64,000 nucleotides of DNA from Psammoneis japonica (Eukaryota), in contig QPGO01000122.1 of assembly GCA_008632985.1 (NCBI GenBank), forward strand, positions 1-64,000. The letters run 5' to 3'. The notes beneath the pieces were generated by a model, which made no database searches, was not told the origin of the DNA, and saw only the letters and a program-made list of their open reading frames with translations. Numbering within the stretch: the first letter of the stretch is position 1; the number at the start of each line of letters is the position of its first letter. Positions 1 to 13,960 of the stretch are shown piece after piece. Made by a program: the position numbers and the translations under genes.

Positions 1-3000
1 GTGTTCCTGACATTTGTTGCACACAGCTGTCAGTTCGGCCTCCACTTTGCATCTCTGAGAAGATTGTCTGGTTTCTACATCATGGCCGTGGATGTGCTTG
101 TTGTGCTCTTCCCCCACAATTCCCGCCATTGTTGCCAGACAAACGTTCCCATCTGTGCTGTCCAGTTTGGTGGTTGTTTGTTCTCCTCCTGGCACTGACA
201 AAGGATCCCAGAATCTTGCAGTTGTCCAGATTGATTGACATTTTCCACAGAGAGGAATGCCTTCTGCCAAACACTTGTCCCCACCCCACATTGGATTGAG
301 CTTGCCACAGAACTCTGCATCTGCAATCAATGTCTTCAAGATGCGCCATCTTGCTGTTAAACCATGCTTCGATGGACTGCAACAAGAAATCCCGAAGGGT
401 TGGCATGTTGTTGATTTGGTCACAATGCCTCCTTGGACCTTGTAGAAACTTTCTGTGCCATGGTTTGTCATGCGGACAGTGGAGCATGTGGTCCCCATCT
501 TCCATGGGATGCTCACAATGAAGACACTGGTGAGGTCTTGCTGAATTGCAATGGCGGATGATCTCATTGGTGAGGAGAAGATTGTGAACCGGCTTGACTG
601 TTCCAACGTGTTGCTTGGAATGATGTTTTATGAGGAAGGCATGAGCATCCCAATCCATCAGCTCCGTCACCTCTGGACTCCACTGATTGCATTCAACAAT
701 GCACTGCAGCAGCTGTGGGGTGGTGGCCGCATGTCTGACATGACGTTCACAACCTGTGGTCAACGTGCCATCTGGAAGACTCAAACATGAGTGACAGTTT
801 GGAAAGGGCAGCACCATTGTGGCATCCCAAGGGTGCTGGCCTTGGCATGCCCCTGCCAATCGATCCGCTCGGACGTTTGCTCTAGCATTGAGGGGCAGGG
901 CATGAATTGGAGCGTGCCAATCTTGATGGCCCTTCACTCATTTGACTGGCAGTGGCTGTGTGAAAGAGCCAGTTACAAATGTCCTCTCCATCTCAAGCCA
1001 AGTGTGCAGTGTCTCATCAATGACATCCCAGTCAGGAGACATGCTGTTGGCTCCAGGATGTCTGACATGAAAATCTCTTGTTTCATCCAATTGTTCCTCT
1101 GAGGTTGGAGCTGGAAGGATTGTGGTGAGTTGATCAAGACAAGACACCAAAGCTTTGTTGTCACAGTGTGATTCCATCTCTGGAAGCTGTTCCACTCTGC
1201 AATGTTCCATGAACCAGAAAATGAATTGAAGGAGGGACAAAATGCCACAAGCCTCTGCCCGGCATGACGACGGTCTTCTGCCAAAGACTGGTCCTGCACA
1301 ATCCACCAGTGGTGCACCGTCCAGGGTGATTGTCCACCCAAAGGCAGCTCCATCTTTGATGGATCCATCACTGCCAGCTGTTAACTTTGACGACACAAAA
1401 CATTGGATTGGCATTTGCGGTGGTGAGTGAAAGTCCAGTTGGTCAAACAACTTCTCTTTCCACTGGCCCAGCAAGTGCAGTTTGTCTTGGAACATGTCTG
1501 GGATCCTGGAGCTCAGGAAGTCTGATGATGAAGTGTGGGGCAGAGCAAATGCCCATCAACCATCTTCTGTTGTTGACAGTTCTGCCGGAAAAGACTCTTC
1601 AGACGGGGCCAGAACTGTCTCCAACTCTGTGACAGAGTTGGTCCTCATGCCATTCACTTGAAAAATTTGACATCCGTTGGTTGATCTAACACACAGTTGC
1701 TCTTCAGAAGGAGAGAAGTGTGCTGAGGCTTGCATGCACATCTGAGATGGAGGCACTGACCAATTGCCAAGAGGTTCCTTGAGAGTGTGTGATGCCGAAC
1801 GACACAGAGAGGCACAGAACTTGCGCCACGTGGTCCAGGCTCTTGTTCCTGGTTTTTGCTGTTCAACGTTGTTCAAGGAGCTGGAGTTGCTCTGAAGCAA
1901 CGGGTCTCCTGCTGTTTTCGTAGCCTCCAATGTCAAGCCATCTGCAAGAGCAATGTCAGACACTGACAACACCTGAACATGCAGTTGACAGCAATTCATC
2001 CATCTGACTTCTCTGTGAGAGAAGAGTTGGGACTGGAGCACAATGTCCATGATGCACTGATTGTCATCACGTTGAAGGGAAAAATGCCGGAATGAGTCAA
2101 ATGTGCTTTTCCTTGAATTCTGTGTGGAGAAAAACATGAACGGAGGCAAACCAACAAGATTCCACATGCGGGAGTTCTGCATCTGCATCCCACAGAAAGC
2201 TTTCTCCGGTTTCTGAGTTCAGTTGGATCCATGACACTGCAATGTGCAGCAGTTTGTGCGGTTGATCCTCTCCCAGATTTAATTTGGTGACTCCTCTGGA
2301 ATGCTTCAGCGACATTTGCAGTTGAGCAACGCCTTGCTCTGCATCCAATGATCGAAAACCTCTGCCTCCCAGGGCTTGGGGACCGCACAAGATGAATCTT
2401 TTTGCACTTTGATTGCACCCACATTTGGCAAAAACAACTCGCATGGCTTTCTGTTGAACTGCAAGCAACTCTTTGGGAAGGAAGGTTGAGTTTGGAAAAA
2501 TGCATGTCATCGAAGAAAGGCAGCAAGCGTGGTGGCATCTCCATGTTTCAATGTGATTGAAGTGACAGGATCTAAGGAAGAGGGCCGCAGCATCACTCTT
2601 GTGTTGGAGTTTCTTTAATTGGGTCTTCTGGGAACCGATTGGAGCCATGCAGTGTCCAAGAGTTTTGTGCAGTGTGTTGTGGCACATGTGCTTGCATGTC
2701 ACCAGTGTGAATGACGGTTGGATGTTTTGAAGCATGCTCCTGTTGCTTTGGCATCAAAAATGTTGAACAAATGGCTGCAAAGGGTGTTCCAGTGCCACGG
2801 AAAATTGCCGCTGCCTTGACCGGTGCCGCAGAGGGGGGAATCATCCGTGTGGGAATGACTCCGCTGGGCCAATCCCAGCAAGGTGTGCAGCCAGTGTCTG
2901 GCATGATGCAAGGCATCTATTTTAACTTTGACCACGTGTGAACCCACTCCGTCACTCCGGGAACAAAGTCCAATGATTGCAGGGACATTCTTCTCAAAGC

Positions 3001-6000
3001 ATGAGGTGAAATCATCGTCGCTTGTCAAGCAGTGTCATCTTTCTGGAAGCTCGGGACATTTCTGGCATCAGGTTTTCAAGAAACACAGGAGTCTGGGCAG
3101 AGAGGAAAGAGTGGCAGCCATAAATTCCTGGGTCACACATCCGGTGGTGCTCCATGTGTTGTGCCAGTTCTCGCCACTTTGCGCTCGTGATGATTTGAAA
3201 ATCTGCTTTGCAGATGTGAGTCACGCGCAGGCGGTGCATTTTGTTGTTGCCTGGCTCTTTGAATGTCATCACATTGATGATGTTTTTCCAGCGGTCATGT
3301 GAATGTCCCCATTTCAATGTGCAGTTAATGAGATGCAGTTGAATCATGAGTGACGTTTGCTGAACCTGGTCAAGGAGTGATCTCTTCGGGGTCGGATTGC
3401 CTTGAGTGTCTTGAGCTTTAGAGTGTGAATGAGGTGCGCACAATGCCTTCCAACATCCAAGATGTGATCCTGATTTCAGCAAGGTGGACGTTGCTTCTGA
3501 CCACGTTTTCAATTTAGACAGCAATGCGGTGGATGAGAGACAATTGTTCACCGTTGGAGGTGTGTGATGACGAAGATGCTGGACAAGTGACAAGGTCGCA
3601 TGGTTCAACTGACTGGTGTCACATTCTCCATCCAAAACAAGTTCTGCCACAATGGTGTCACCTTTGCACCCCAGGTCCACTGACAAGGGCGGGACAGTCA
3701 GCGGTGCACCTTTGGCCTGGCCAAAATGACGTTGATTCCTGGACTGAAGTGCTGCTTCGACGTCGTCCGGAGCTTCCACTGTCATCCAATGCTTGCAAGT
3801 CTTTGGGTTGTCATGAGGATTCACTGGCACTTGAACAGTCTTAACACTGGAGTCCTCCTTGGCCTTGCATGCGTTAATCTTTCTAAAGACTCTCTTGGTC
3901 TCTTCTGCACATCGCACATTGCAAAGAATTTTGGCCTGAGCTTTTGACGCTTTGGCACCTTCTAGCTCCAGTTCCGCAATTTTTGTTTCTCATTCAGAAT
4001 CACGGTGTTTCTGGCTCTCTCTGGCGATCTGTCGGCACTCGGATCTAGCACAGCGCAAAGCAGCAGAACATTCTTGGATTGTGGGAAGGAGAAAGGAAGA
4101 AGAGATTTTACATTTCTCTTGAAGAACCAAAGGCACCACATCCTTGCGATTGCGGAACATTGACATCATTCGGGACAATGCAAAACTTGTTTCCAAAGAT
4201 CGGCGAGTTTGATGGACCATTCTGGCTCTTTGTAATGTTTGCATTGCTTGGCTGCTGCCAGGGAGAATTGGGTCATGTCACGGTTGAGTTGCTCAGCAAG
4301 GCTGTGGTCAGGAGTGTCAGATTGAAACAAGGCTGTTGCATGATCCAGAATGTTTCTACTGGTGGTCAAGGGATCCATTGCTTCAAGACACGTGGTGACA
4401 TGTTTAGGAGACAATGCTTGGAGATCACTGAACTTTGGTCTTGGTGAATCAACTGACGGACTGCCGAACAGGGCAACTGTGTCAAAATCCACGAAATGGG
4501 CATGGTGATCCAAAGACATGCAACAGCTGAATGGTTCACATCCACAGTGCCGCACCGCTGCTAAAGCACCGGGGGTCACTGGCACACAATCCAAACATCT
4601 GGAGCCTTGCACACAGGCAGAAAAATCAAGGTCTTCATGCTTGTGATGCATGGCGTCCGACATGTTGAATTGTTGGGCCACAGATGTGAGAGTGTCGGAA
4701 TCGTCACGGAAGTCTGTGTTAAAATTGCCTGCCAGAATCACTTCCCGATTTGGCTCATCTCAAAAGTGTCAAGAATGCGTGTCAGATCGGTGCAGAATGC
4801 TCGCCGGGGATCTGGATTTGCTTGGCCTTGTTGATGGAGAAGCGCCACTTGTTGAGCACATGCAGTTGTTTTGCCTGCAATGGACAACGAGTTAGAGCAC
4901 ACTCTGCAACACAAAACAAACATGACCTGTTGGCCGTGCTTTCCATCAAAGATCTGCATGGACCAGCAACCCAATGGATCTTTGCATTGTGCTCGACACC
5001 TCTAGGGACAGAGAGTTGCAAGATGTGACAGCGGTGCCACCTGGTTCACAAGGAGTGGAGAAGGGAGTCTTTGATGACAAACAGGTGATTCTGCCATGAC
5101 ACAAGCCTCTTGTTGCCGCTGCCGTGCAGCTGTGCCAAACTTGGAGTTGTGCAGTGTCTGAACATGTCTCAGAGATGCCTGTGACATCAGCTTGAATTTC
5201 TGTGGCCACTTGTGCACAATCATTGATGTTGCCACCACGGTGATCAAATGAACAGCCATTGGTGTTGAACGCACACAATCTTGTGTGTCCAGACAATTTG
5301 GGGAGCAGTGGATCACCAACAGGGTCATTCGAAGACAATCTGGTGCAGTCAATGGCAGTGGAGGGAGGGGCGTGACTTCTTCCTGACAACAACTGGGTCC
5401 ACTGCTGTGCAGTGGGATTAACTGCAGACGAAGGGCATCACCCCTCATTTGGAGGCCGTGCTTCCTTGAAGGAAGGCTTTTGAAGACTTGCGTCTGCATC
5501 ATGCAGTGGAGGCAGGTGAGACAACTGGGCCTGCCTCAAAGAAAATCTGAGTCATCCATGTCTGTCACAGTTGCATCCCTGGGAGGATGATGAGAGGAGG
5601 GGGCTGCAGGGACCAACGCAGCTTGCTTCTTGCGCTGAGGAGAAACTGGTGTGTTTGGAACCACAGATGCAAACGTCTCTTGAATCGTCATTTGCAGCTG
5701 GGCTGTGAGAGTGGTTTGTAATTGTGTGGCCACTGCTTGCTGTGACTGGGTGGACAGCGCCGCAATTGATTCTTGGTGCTTCCGTTCTAGGGCTGCAAAA
5801 TGTTTTTCTTGTTCTTGTTGGTTTTGACAAACAAGCCGTTGTAATTTGGCGATTTGCACAGACTGGTTCATCACATCCGACATGGGGATGGCACCAGGGA
5901 TGACTGCTCCAGGCTCATTCTGCAACACCTGGGAATGCGTGGGAAAACCTGCATTCACTCCGACACTTTTTGGGACTGGAGGACCTTTGGATTCTGTTGA

Positions 6001-7200
6001 TTGAGGAGGAGCGATGGAAGCTGCTGGAGAAATGTCTGAAATGTCTAGAGACGCCCAACTCTGAATGCTTGTGGAAGAGATGGATTGAACCCTGTCTGAC
6101 ATGTCATCACCAATGCCAGGGATCATGGGTTTGGGTTGGGCATCTGGGATGCCTGCCTCTGCTGCAATGGCTTCAAACCACTCTGGAAGATGTTCTGCAA
6201 TGCAGTGCTTGGCTTGATGGAACAAATCCTTGTCCACAAGAATGTCGCACCTCTGGACAATGGATGGTTTCTTCAATGGGACCACATCCAGGACTCCTGG
6301 CACCTCTTTAATTGCACCTGTCAGGCAAAAAGTGGGCTTCAATGTGATGCAATGCCGGTGTGATGTGGGTCTTGGCACTCATTTTATGTTGTTTGTGGGC
6401 TGCTTTGTCAAAAGCTTCTGGTTGCAAATGACGCCAGCGGGACAAGACCAACGCAAGAGGATGTTCTTTCAACACCTCCAATGAGGCATGAATCACATCT
6501 TTTGCTTGATCATGGGGAGTTTCGATGGCATGGAAATTAGTCCGAAGAGATTGATCTGCCAGTGATGAAGCCGACTGAACTGCCAACCTGACAGGCAATT
6601 TTAAGCAGCTGCGTTGAGGGAGAAGGACCATTGACAATTTTTGAGCCACATCTTTGGGGCAATGCTTTGGGAGTGGGTCAACAAGTGGAGCCACTTGTGC
6701 CAAATCAACGATGGTCTCGTCCCAGTGGTGGTGGTGCACGCAGATGCCATTGTCTTTCAATGCTTTGTTGATGAAAGGGACATTCCTGACACAGGCAATT
6801 GACAAGGATGTGCGGATTCTGTGTGCAATGACAAACATTGGAGAACAACGGCGTGATCCACCCATGCAGTGCACGACGAAATGTTGAGAATGAGTGAGAC
6901 CGGAAGTCAACTTGACAATGTTGATTTTGGGTGTTTTAAGACCACGGTTCAACACAATTGTCATCTGATTCATCAACGGATCTTGTGAGGCTTTCTGTTG
7001 GAGAGCATTGAAGATTGTGGCATGACCCATGGCTGACACCGTGGATGTGTTGTCGTCCGATGAGGTCAATTCAAAACAGATGGCAATCTCTTTGAGCATG
7101 GTGCTTTTGGGTTTTCCGGATCCAGTTCTGGTGGGAGTGGGTGGAGCATCATCAACATCAGGTGGTGGATCTGGCTGAGGGGTCACCGGCATGGCTGGCC
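1..7200 (-). mobile_element. Decayed non-LTR retrotransposon (APE-RT-RNase H, Ambal/L1-like diatom LINE), running off the window's left edge
   Basis: Minus-strand frameshifted fragments occur in canonical order. ORF1 is 5536-7192. The APE endonuclease (4166-5392) shows LCAFNTNG, TGISET, ILAGNFN, GSRCLDC and SLDH. The RT region (1996-3917) shows WKNIINVMTFKEPGNNKMHRLRV and GTGQGSGNFP. RNase H (938-1495) shows GSDGS, SSCRAEACG and HCDNKAL. A C-terminal CLHC...DHMLHC zinc finger lies at ~460-530. Confidence 0.88.
5536..7192 (-). pseudogene. LINE ORF1 (gag-like) remnant, frameshifted near 6310-6380
   Basis: Two abutting ORFs (6308-7192, 5536-6378) with a coiled-coil segment lie directly upstream of the APE domain. 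Confidence 0.65.
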
Positions 7201-8283
7201 TGTGGCGGCAGAGGATTTGTCATGGTGACAAGTTTTCGGCACAAATTTTGTGCAGAATTCCAAGCAGAAAACCATCAACAGGAACTTACGCAGAAAAGTG
7301 CAATCTTTGTGCACAGAGGACAGATGTGCACACAAAAGCTTGGGAACTTGGGTCAGAGGGGTGTTGGTTGAAAGGCAAAAAGAGCAGCCCTCAAAAGGGT
7401 GTGACCAATTCACAACCCTCAACGGGGTGCATGTGCCAATGGGCTCCATTTCTGAATGATTGTGGGTGGAGTGCAGCAGGGTCTTGATTTAGTTTTGCGG
7501 CACCACAGGCCAGTTTGTTCTGTTCCTTGAGGTCTGCAATGCACCATGCATGCAACCGCAATTGATTGATGAAGTGAGGCATGCAACAGCACACAATTGA
7601 CACACAACAGAAGCTCGATTGACATGACTGAAGCACACATCACTGTGTGTCCGTGTGCGCAAGATGTTGCACAAGTGAGGTGAAAAAAGGGAACATGTTG
7701 ATCAAAAAGCTGACTGTGTGTTGACAAGACTTTCATGCAAAAAATGCAAAGGAGCCTGACATGTTTCAAAACAATGCTGTTCTGTGACATGGAAAGTTTT
7801 CACAGCAAAAAGTGCGCCAGATGATCACAGGACATCAGAGGCAGCAACACAGTGGTTTCCACTTTCCTTTGTAAAATTTTGAGTGTGCACTGTTGAAATT
7901 GTCAACAAGCAGAACTTAAAAAATGCCAGCAAAAGTGCTTGACAAAATGAAACTGTTTTTTGCATTTCATCTGATGTCTCATTAACTTTTCTTGCACAAG
8001 CTTCAATCAAATGCATGTGATGTTTAATTGAATTAGGACCAAAATCTATTTTTTGTTGTGCATGGTTTGGTTTCCTTTTGATCGTACACAATCAATTTGA
8101 ACTTGGTTTTAACTTTGTCCTCCTCACTCACGTGTGTGTGTCTTTGCACGTGTGCAGTCTGCAGCACTTCACGCACGCACGTGACCCACCTTCATTTTTC
8201 TTCACTTTTGCACAGCCCGTTGGTCTACGGCGTTTTCAGCACATGTTTTGCATGCGCAATTTTCTGCACATTTCACAATAGTG

Positions 8284-11200
8284 CACCCTCACCCCAAAGT
8301 TTGAAAAACGAGAGCGCGTGCTGTTATGATTCACGTGGATCTCATTGATTGACTGGATTCGTCTCTCAGAAATTTGGAGTAGATTTCTACGTAATCAGCA
8401 CAACACGTCACCAAGTTGAAGTTCATTTTGTTGGCGGGAAAACAAAAAGCATGAGAATTATCACGCACCCGGTCGCTCAACGATGATGCTCACCATTTTC
8501 CCAAAACCCATGACTTTTCATGTTACGGCATAGAGCGACCTTCTATAAACATCAGTGAAGCCCCCTCTACCCCGTGACACAAAAAACCACAATGAGCGAC
8601 GTCAGAAATTCATTCGTTGCCAAGCACGTGCAACTCGTCTTCGGGGACAAGCGTCTTCATAACTGTTGGATGCCGGTGGACCTCTGGGTGGAACATTGCA
8701 ATGCTAAATTTGGTTTTTCCAATGAGGATCTCCGTGCAATGGGCAGAGAGACAAAGAAGATGTGCAAAAACCAAGCTGGAGTGTCAAACGTGACAACAAC
8801 AAACGACATTGTCGGCGATGGCGTGAGTCTGCACAAGACAGAATGCAGTTGTCAGATTAATGGCAAACGAGGAAACCACACATTCTTTCTTGTCACTGCT
8901 GGGGTTCCTGGCCAATTTCTTCATCCTCCAACAACTGGGAATGACAGTGTTGAAGCTTGGCTGCAAAGTGGGGCAGCCCGGAAGCAAACTGGGAGAGACT
9001 CAGTGCGACGAGCAGAAATGCTCACAGAGCATTCGGAGACAGATCCCGACATCCAGAACATGGAGAAGGCATGGCAAGCAAAGAAAAAGCAACGCATTTC
9101 AAGTGAAAATGAAAATGACAACATGTCCATTGAAGATTTGGAGTCCGCCAGGCAAGACAATCTACCACGACTCGACCATTGGGATTCTACCCGAGCCCGT
9201 CGCATCTTTGCTCCGCCCTCTGTTTACCCATCTGATGTCAATGTAAAGGCGGCTGTACAAGACAGAATCAACATTCTATCAGCTGTTGTCAACCATGCCC
9301 AAGGATGCAAATCTGTGTTGCCTGATCAGGATGACAACAATGTGACTGCCGACTGTGAGAAGGTTGCCATGAGGCATCGTGCGCTGCACATCAAGGTGGC
9401 GCTTCAGACGGCGCTTGACAATCTCAAAGGCGAAGGAAATGAGATTGAAGGCAACATGAGTTGGGGTGAGTGTTGTCAACATGCTGTCACCAGACTGAAA
9501 GAAGATGGCATCACGGCTGTGTCCAACTGGCAGACGGTTCAGCGGTGGCATCGTCGTTTGGCCGACGCCGGTGATTGCTTTCCTCAAAGCCACAACCGAG
9601 GCAAACAACAGCTTCCATCCTTCTTCAGCGAGAATCCTGAGGTTAAGAATGCTTTCACTCGACATGCAATCAAAAACTTGAAGGAACTGTTGGTCGAATT
9701 GATGCACGAGCACCTCCACCAAAAAATCATGCCGGCTCTCATGCTGGGTGCAAAGAAAGACGTCGTGGTGGTGGATGACGAAGACTTTGAACAAGCTGTG
9801 GATTCTGTGGGTGAGTCTCCCGCGCTTGGTGCAGAAGAGGAAGCTGCTGAGGAAGAAACCAAGAGTTTGTTTCTTAAACAGCACAAACTCCGTTCACTTT
9901 CTATTTCTGCAACAGCACGCTGGATGCGTCTCCTGGGATTTAGATGCACAAACAGAATGAAAGGATTTCATGTCGATGGTCACGAGAAGCCCGCCACAAA
10001 GTCGCATCGCAAGAAGTTTACAAAGGAGCATCTTGAGTTGGAGAAGAGGTGCCACCGGTGGATTCAATTGCCCTTGGACGAGGCGACCGAGCTCATGAAC
10101 CAATCATTGGTTCCGCGTCGGGGTGAAAGCTCTGTGTTCACTCGTGATGGCAATGTGTTTGTTGAGTTTCAAGTGGACGACTACAGTGGTTTCCATGATG
10201 TGATTGTGCAATCGGACGACTTGAATGCAAGGCAGCATGGCGGCCATCTGAGTTTCCACTTTCCCACTGGTGAAAAGCCCATCATCATGTGGGGACAAGA
10301 TGAGGCCATCTACAAACAGTTCCTGTTGACTGAGAAGGCGTGGGTGGGACCCAATGGCGAGACGGCTCTTGTCCCGAAAGATGAAGGTCCAGGTGTCATG
10401 CTGTCTCTGTTCACATCTCGCGAGTTTGGTTTGTTGCGTGAGCTTGACAAGGAGCTGCTCAAGCAAGTCAATGAAAAGAGAAGTGGAACCAAGTGCAGTG
10501 ATGAGGAAGCAGCAAAGGAAGCCAGGAAATCAAGCAACAAGAAGGACTTGGAGAAGAGCCCGTTCCTGGTGAAATTCGAGCACGGCTCCAACGATGAAGG
10601 CTGTTGGAACCACAATCACATGGTGACACAGTTGGAAGACTGTGTTGATGTGTTGGATGAAATGTGTCCAGAATTTGAGCACGTGTTTTTCTTTGATCAC
10701 TCGGCAGGCCATGCGAAGCAGAGGGAGGACGGCTTGTCGGTTGACAAGATGAACCTGGGCTGGGGCGGGAAATGCAAAATGAGAGCAAGCAGGCTCACAG
10801 ACAAATGCATTGGACAGCATGACAATGCTCACAGATTGCAAAGTGGCAAGACACAAGCAATGGCATTCCAGGAGGAAGACAAAGGGCCTTGCCTCATGGC
10901 TCCGGAAGAACGACAGCGACGAAAGCACGACATTGTGACGAGCGAAATCAAGACCGTTGACAAGCTCAGAGAAGAGCCAGAAAATGATCTGAAGCAAAAT
11001 GATGCAAGCCACACGGTTCTCAAGGGTACAACCAAAAAGGATTTGCAAGATGATTGCGAAAAAGCCGGCATTCCTACAAAGAAGACCATTCCGAAGACAG
11101 CACCTGGTTGGACAGGCAAGCCCAAAGGATTGCTGCAAGTCTTGATTGAACGTGGTTTGATTGATGCAAGCCTAAAATGTGGAAAGGGAGGGACAAACAA

Positions 11201-12005
11201 TGAGCATGGGAGCTGCAAGGAAAATGCTGAGCCCGCAGAACTGCTTGCCTCCTGCAAAGATTTGCGAATGAAACAACGCAACTTCAGCATCATGCGAAGC
11301 TGCTGGGGGTCCGAGCAATCTTGACTCCAAAATGCCATGCCGAATTGGCGGGAGAAGGCACAGAACATCTCTGGGCATGCTCCAATGGTCAGTGTCGAAA
11401 CCTCAACCTGTCACAGAAACGAGGGAAAGACAATTTCAAAAAATCAGTTGATTGTTGCTTGTCGGAGGAGGCGTTGACCTTGAACGCATTCGCAAGTTTG
11501 CCAAACGCGCAAGACAGTGCATTCAAGCTTGCCATGTTGACAATGGATGCGTGGAGGACACAGAGAGGGTCCACGAATTTGGACCTGATGCGCTTGACAA
11601 GATGATCAAGACGTTCAAGACACACTGATGTGCTCTTGATTTCGAGTTCAAGTTCGTTCACTGCATTGCGGAGAACGAGGTTGCAGCTGCAATCTTGGAG
11701 TGAATTTCGGAGCAAATTTTCAAAATCGCGCAGCCACAGCACAATTTGTACGGGGACATTTTTGTGACGTCAACATGACAATCACCATCATCATCAGAGA
11801 GCATGTTTCATTTTATGCCAGCTTGCGTACATTTCTGCACCAAGGAGTGTCACGACAAATCCAGCAATGCGTGTGGTCGCAAATCTGCAAATCGACAACC
11901 GGCCATGGCGGTGAAAGACTTTGCCCCATTGGCCGAGGACAGCAGCTCAACGTGTGGTGACACCTGCCATCCTTCTGGTTGGTCAAGATGGGGTTTTATT
12001 GGGTG
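8284..12005 (+). mobile_element. IS630-Tc1-mariner-related DNA transposon (large DDE transposase); ends tentative
   Basis: Contains the transposase below. Weak terminal IR tg|CACCC...ACCCCA..TTGA (8284) versus TCAA..TGGGGT..GGGTG|ca (12005). The flanks are compatible with a mutated TA TSD. Confidence 0.55.
8592..11700 (+). pseudogene. DDE transposase, mostly open (916-aa ORF) with a frameshift near 11270-11320
   Basis: Motifs VDGHEK, GQDEAIY, PKDEGPGVMLS, EGCW, FFFDHSAGH, PKGLLQVLIERG, then TPKCHAEL..EGTEHLW in the next frame. These match the DGHE/DES/FDNS/PKFHCELNPIE type of ITm transposase. Confidence 0.85.
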
Positions 12006-12251
12006 CAGCTTGAATTTTGTGATCGCGAGTGTGCTGTCACGAATCTACTGCGTCCAGAATGCTGAGCTGCTGGCGTGTTGTTGTGTGTTGTGTGCACGCA
12101 CGTCACAAACTTGCTTTTCTGCAGCATTGTTGTAATCGCGCATGTCAGAATTTTGCATCCAGAATCATCACAAGTTACCATGACCCCACTCCCAGCGCAT
12201 GCCATGCAGTGGTTCGCCGCGTGAAATCACGGATGCGCGCGACTGTTGCCC

Positions 12252-12836
12252 CGAACCATCACGTGGTTCGCTGCACGCCAAAAACGACCCGACACACAAT
12301 GGCCAAAAAGGTAGAAGGTAAAGAGACATCTACAACAACTTTGCATCAGTCGACACAGCAAAGTCTATTTGACAACATGTGTGCTTTATTTTAGTGGTTT
12401 ACTACGTTCTTAAAAGTCTCCGTACCACTGCCGTCTTGTTCATCGTCGAACCACATTTTTCTGGTGAATTTTGGCATTTGACCCGCTGGTGCAAATTACA
12501 CGTAGATTTCTACGCACGTCCTCCCGAACCACATCATGGTTCGACAAATCTACGGGGTTCTTGGTGCTTGTCTACGCAGCGAACCATTGAGTGGTTCGAC
12601 AATGTCTTCTGGTGCTGTTCTACGGTGGTTTCTACGGGGTGATAAAATCACCGCCAACGACCATGACGGTGATTTGACGGCGACCGTGCTTCATACACGA
12701 GTGGTTGCTGACAACACAATGCATTGGCAACGATGGCTTTTTGACTCTGTCAAAAGGTCACACATGTGCAGGTGCTGATTTGTCGTGTCAGTCGCGAGTT
12801 TCACGTTGCGCAAGTTGCGAACCACTGAGTGGTTCG
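12252..12836. repeat. Cluster of four spaced palindromes CGAACCA-N5-TGGTTCG
   Basis: Copies at 12252-12270, 12525-12543, 12580-12598 and 12818-12836, plus half-sites near 12209 and 12447. Confidence 0.9.
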
Positions 12837-12869
12837 ACATTTTGCCCGAGTGGGGATAAATTGCACTGT

Positions 12870-13960
12870 CCAAACAAGGCATGTACAAAAAGAGGTTCGT
12901 TGGTTTTTGATGCATTTGCTAAAAACACACCCGTCTTTTCGAATTTCTGTGTCCAGACCCAGAAAGACTGCAGGCGGTGCTTGTTCCTGCAGCTCTCAGA
13001 ATCACACATGTGAAAAGTTCTTTACCATGTGTGACACTCTTCAAAAAAGGCATGCACAAAAAGAGCTTCATTTGTTTTTGATGTGTTCACTTACGTTGCA
13101 TCCATCTTCTCTGATTTCTACATCCAGATCCAGAAAGACTGCAGAGGTGGAGAGTGGGGAGGCAACCCATTGGAGGTTGCCTGAGTTGTTGGGCTCATTT
13201 TTAAAAGGCTTCCCAAGTCTCTCCGCTGTTTGTGGTCAAGAGCAGCAGGGGGGGTTGACTGCAACAACCGCAGCAGCTGCCAACTCCATGTCGATGGGTC
13301 AGGAACCGGCAGCAGAAGCTCCCAAATTGGCGGCGGCGGCGGATGCACCTGTGAGTCTACACTGAGGTTTCAATTGGTTGCTGTTGTTGTCCCATGCACT
13401 CTCACAAAGCACTTTACATTTCTTTGCACTGAACAAGGTGGATCAGAGCAATGTTGCTTCACATGGTCCTGAATCGGCTTCGCGGGGTCAGGAACCGGCG
13501 GCAGAAGCAACCGAATCGGCCACGGCAGATGCACCAGTGAGTCTGTGTTGCGGTTTCAATTGGTTGCTGTTGTTGTCCTGTACACTCTCACAAAGTGTTT
13601 TGCACTTCTTTGCAATGAATGAGGTGGATCAGAGCAGTGTTGCTTCACCTGGTCCGGAGTCAGCGGCGCTGGATGCACAGGCAAGTCCACACATTGACGT
13701 CTCCATTGGTTGTGGTTGGTTCATCTTTGTTGCACTCTCACAATGTTTTCTACACCGTTCGACAATGAACAAGGTGGCTGCTGGTGCTGGCAGTGGCTCT
13801 TCAAGAAAGAGAACTGCAGCAGCTGCTACAAACTCGCCTGCTCCAGAATTGGCGGCGCCGGATGCACCGGTGGGTCTATGTTGCTGTTCCTGTTGGTGGT
13901 GTCAGTTCATCCACATTGTGCTCTCACAACGCATTCTGCACTTTTTTGGCAAATGACAAG
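12870..13960 (+). repeat. Degenerate ~175-190 bp direct repeats, including repeated exon-like (Ala/Glu/Pro) plus GT..AG intron-like modules
   Basis: 12870-12973 resembles 13045-13144. The unit GGGTCAGGAACCGGC...GATGCACC|GTGAGTCT...CACTCTCACAA...AAG|GTGG recurs at ~13296 and ~13486, with more diverged copies at ~13670 and ~13860. Confidence 0.75.

Noticed and set aside
8592..11324. Alternative genetic code or a functional Tyr-free transposase
   Set aside because: Neighbouring host genes use Tyr and standard stops normally, and the ORF is frameshifted before the last catalytic motif.
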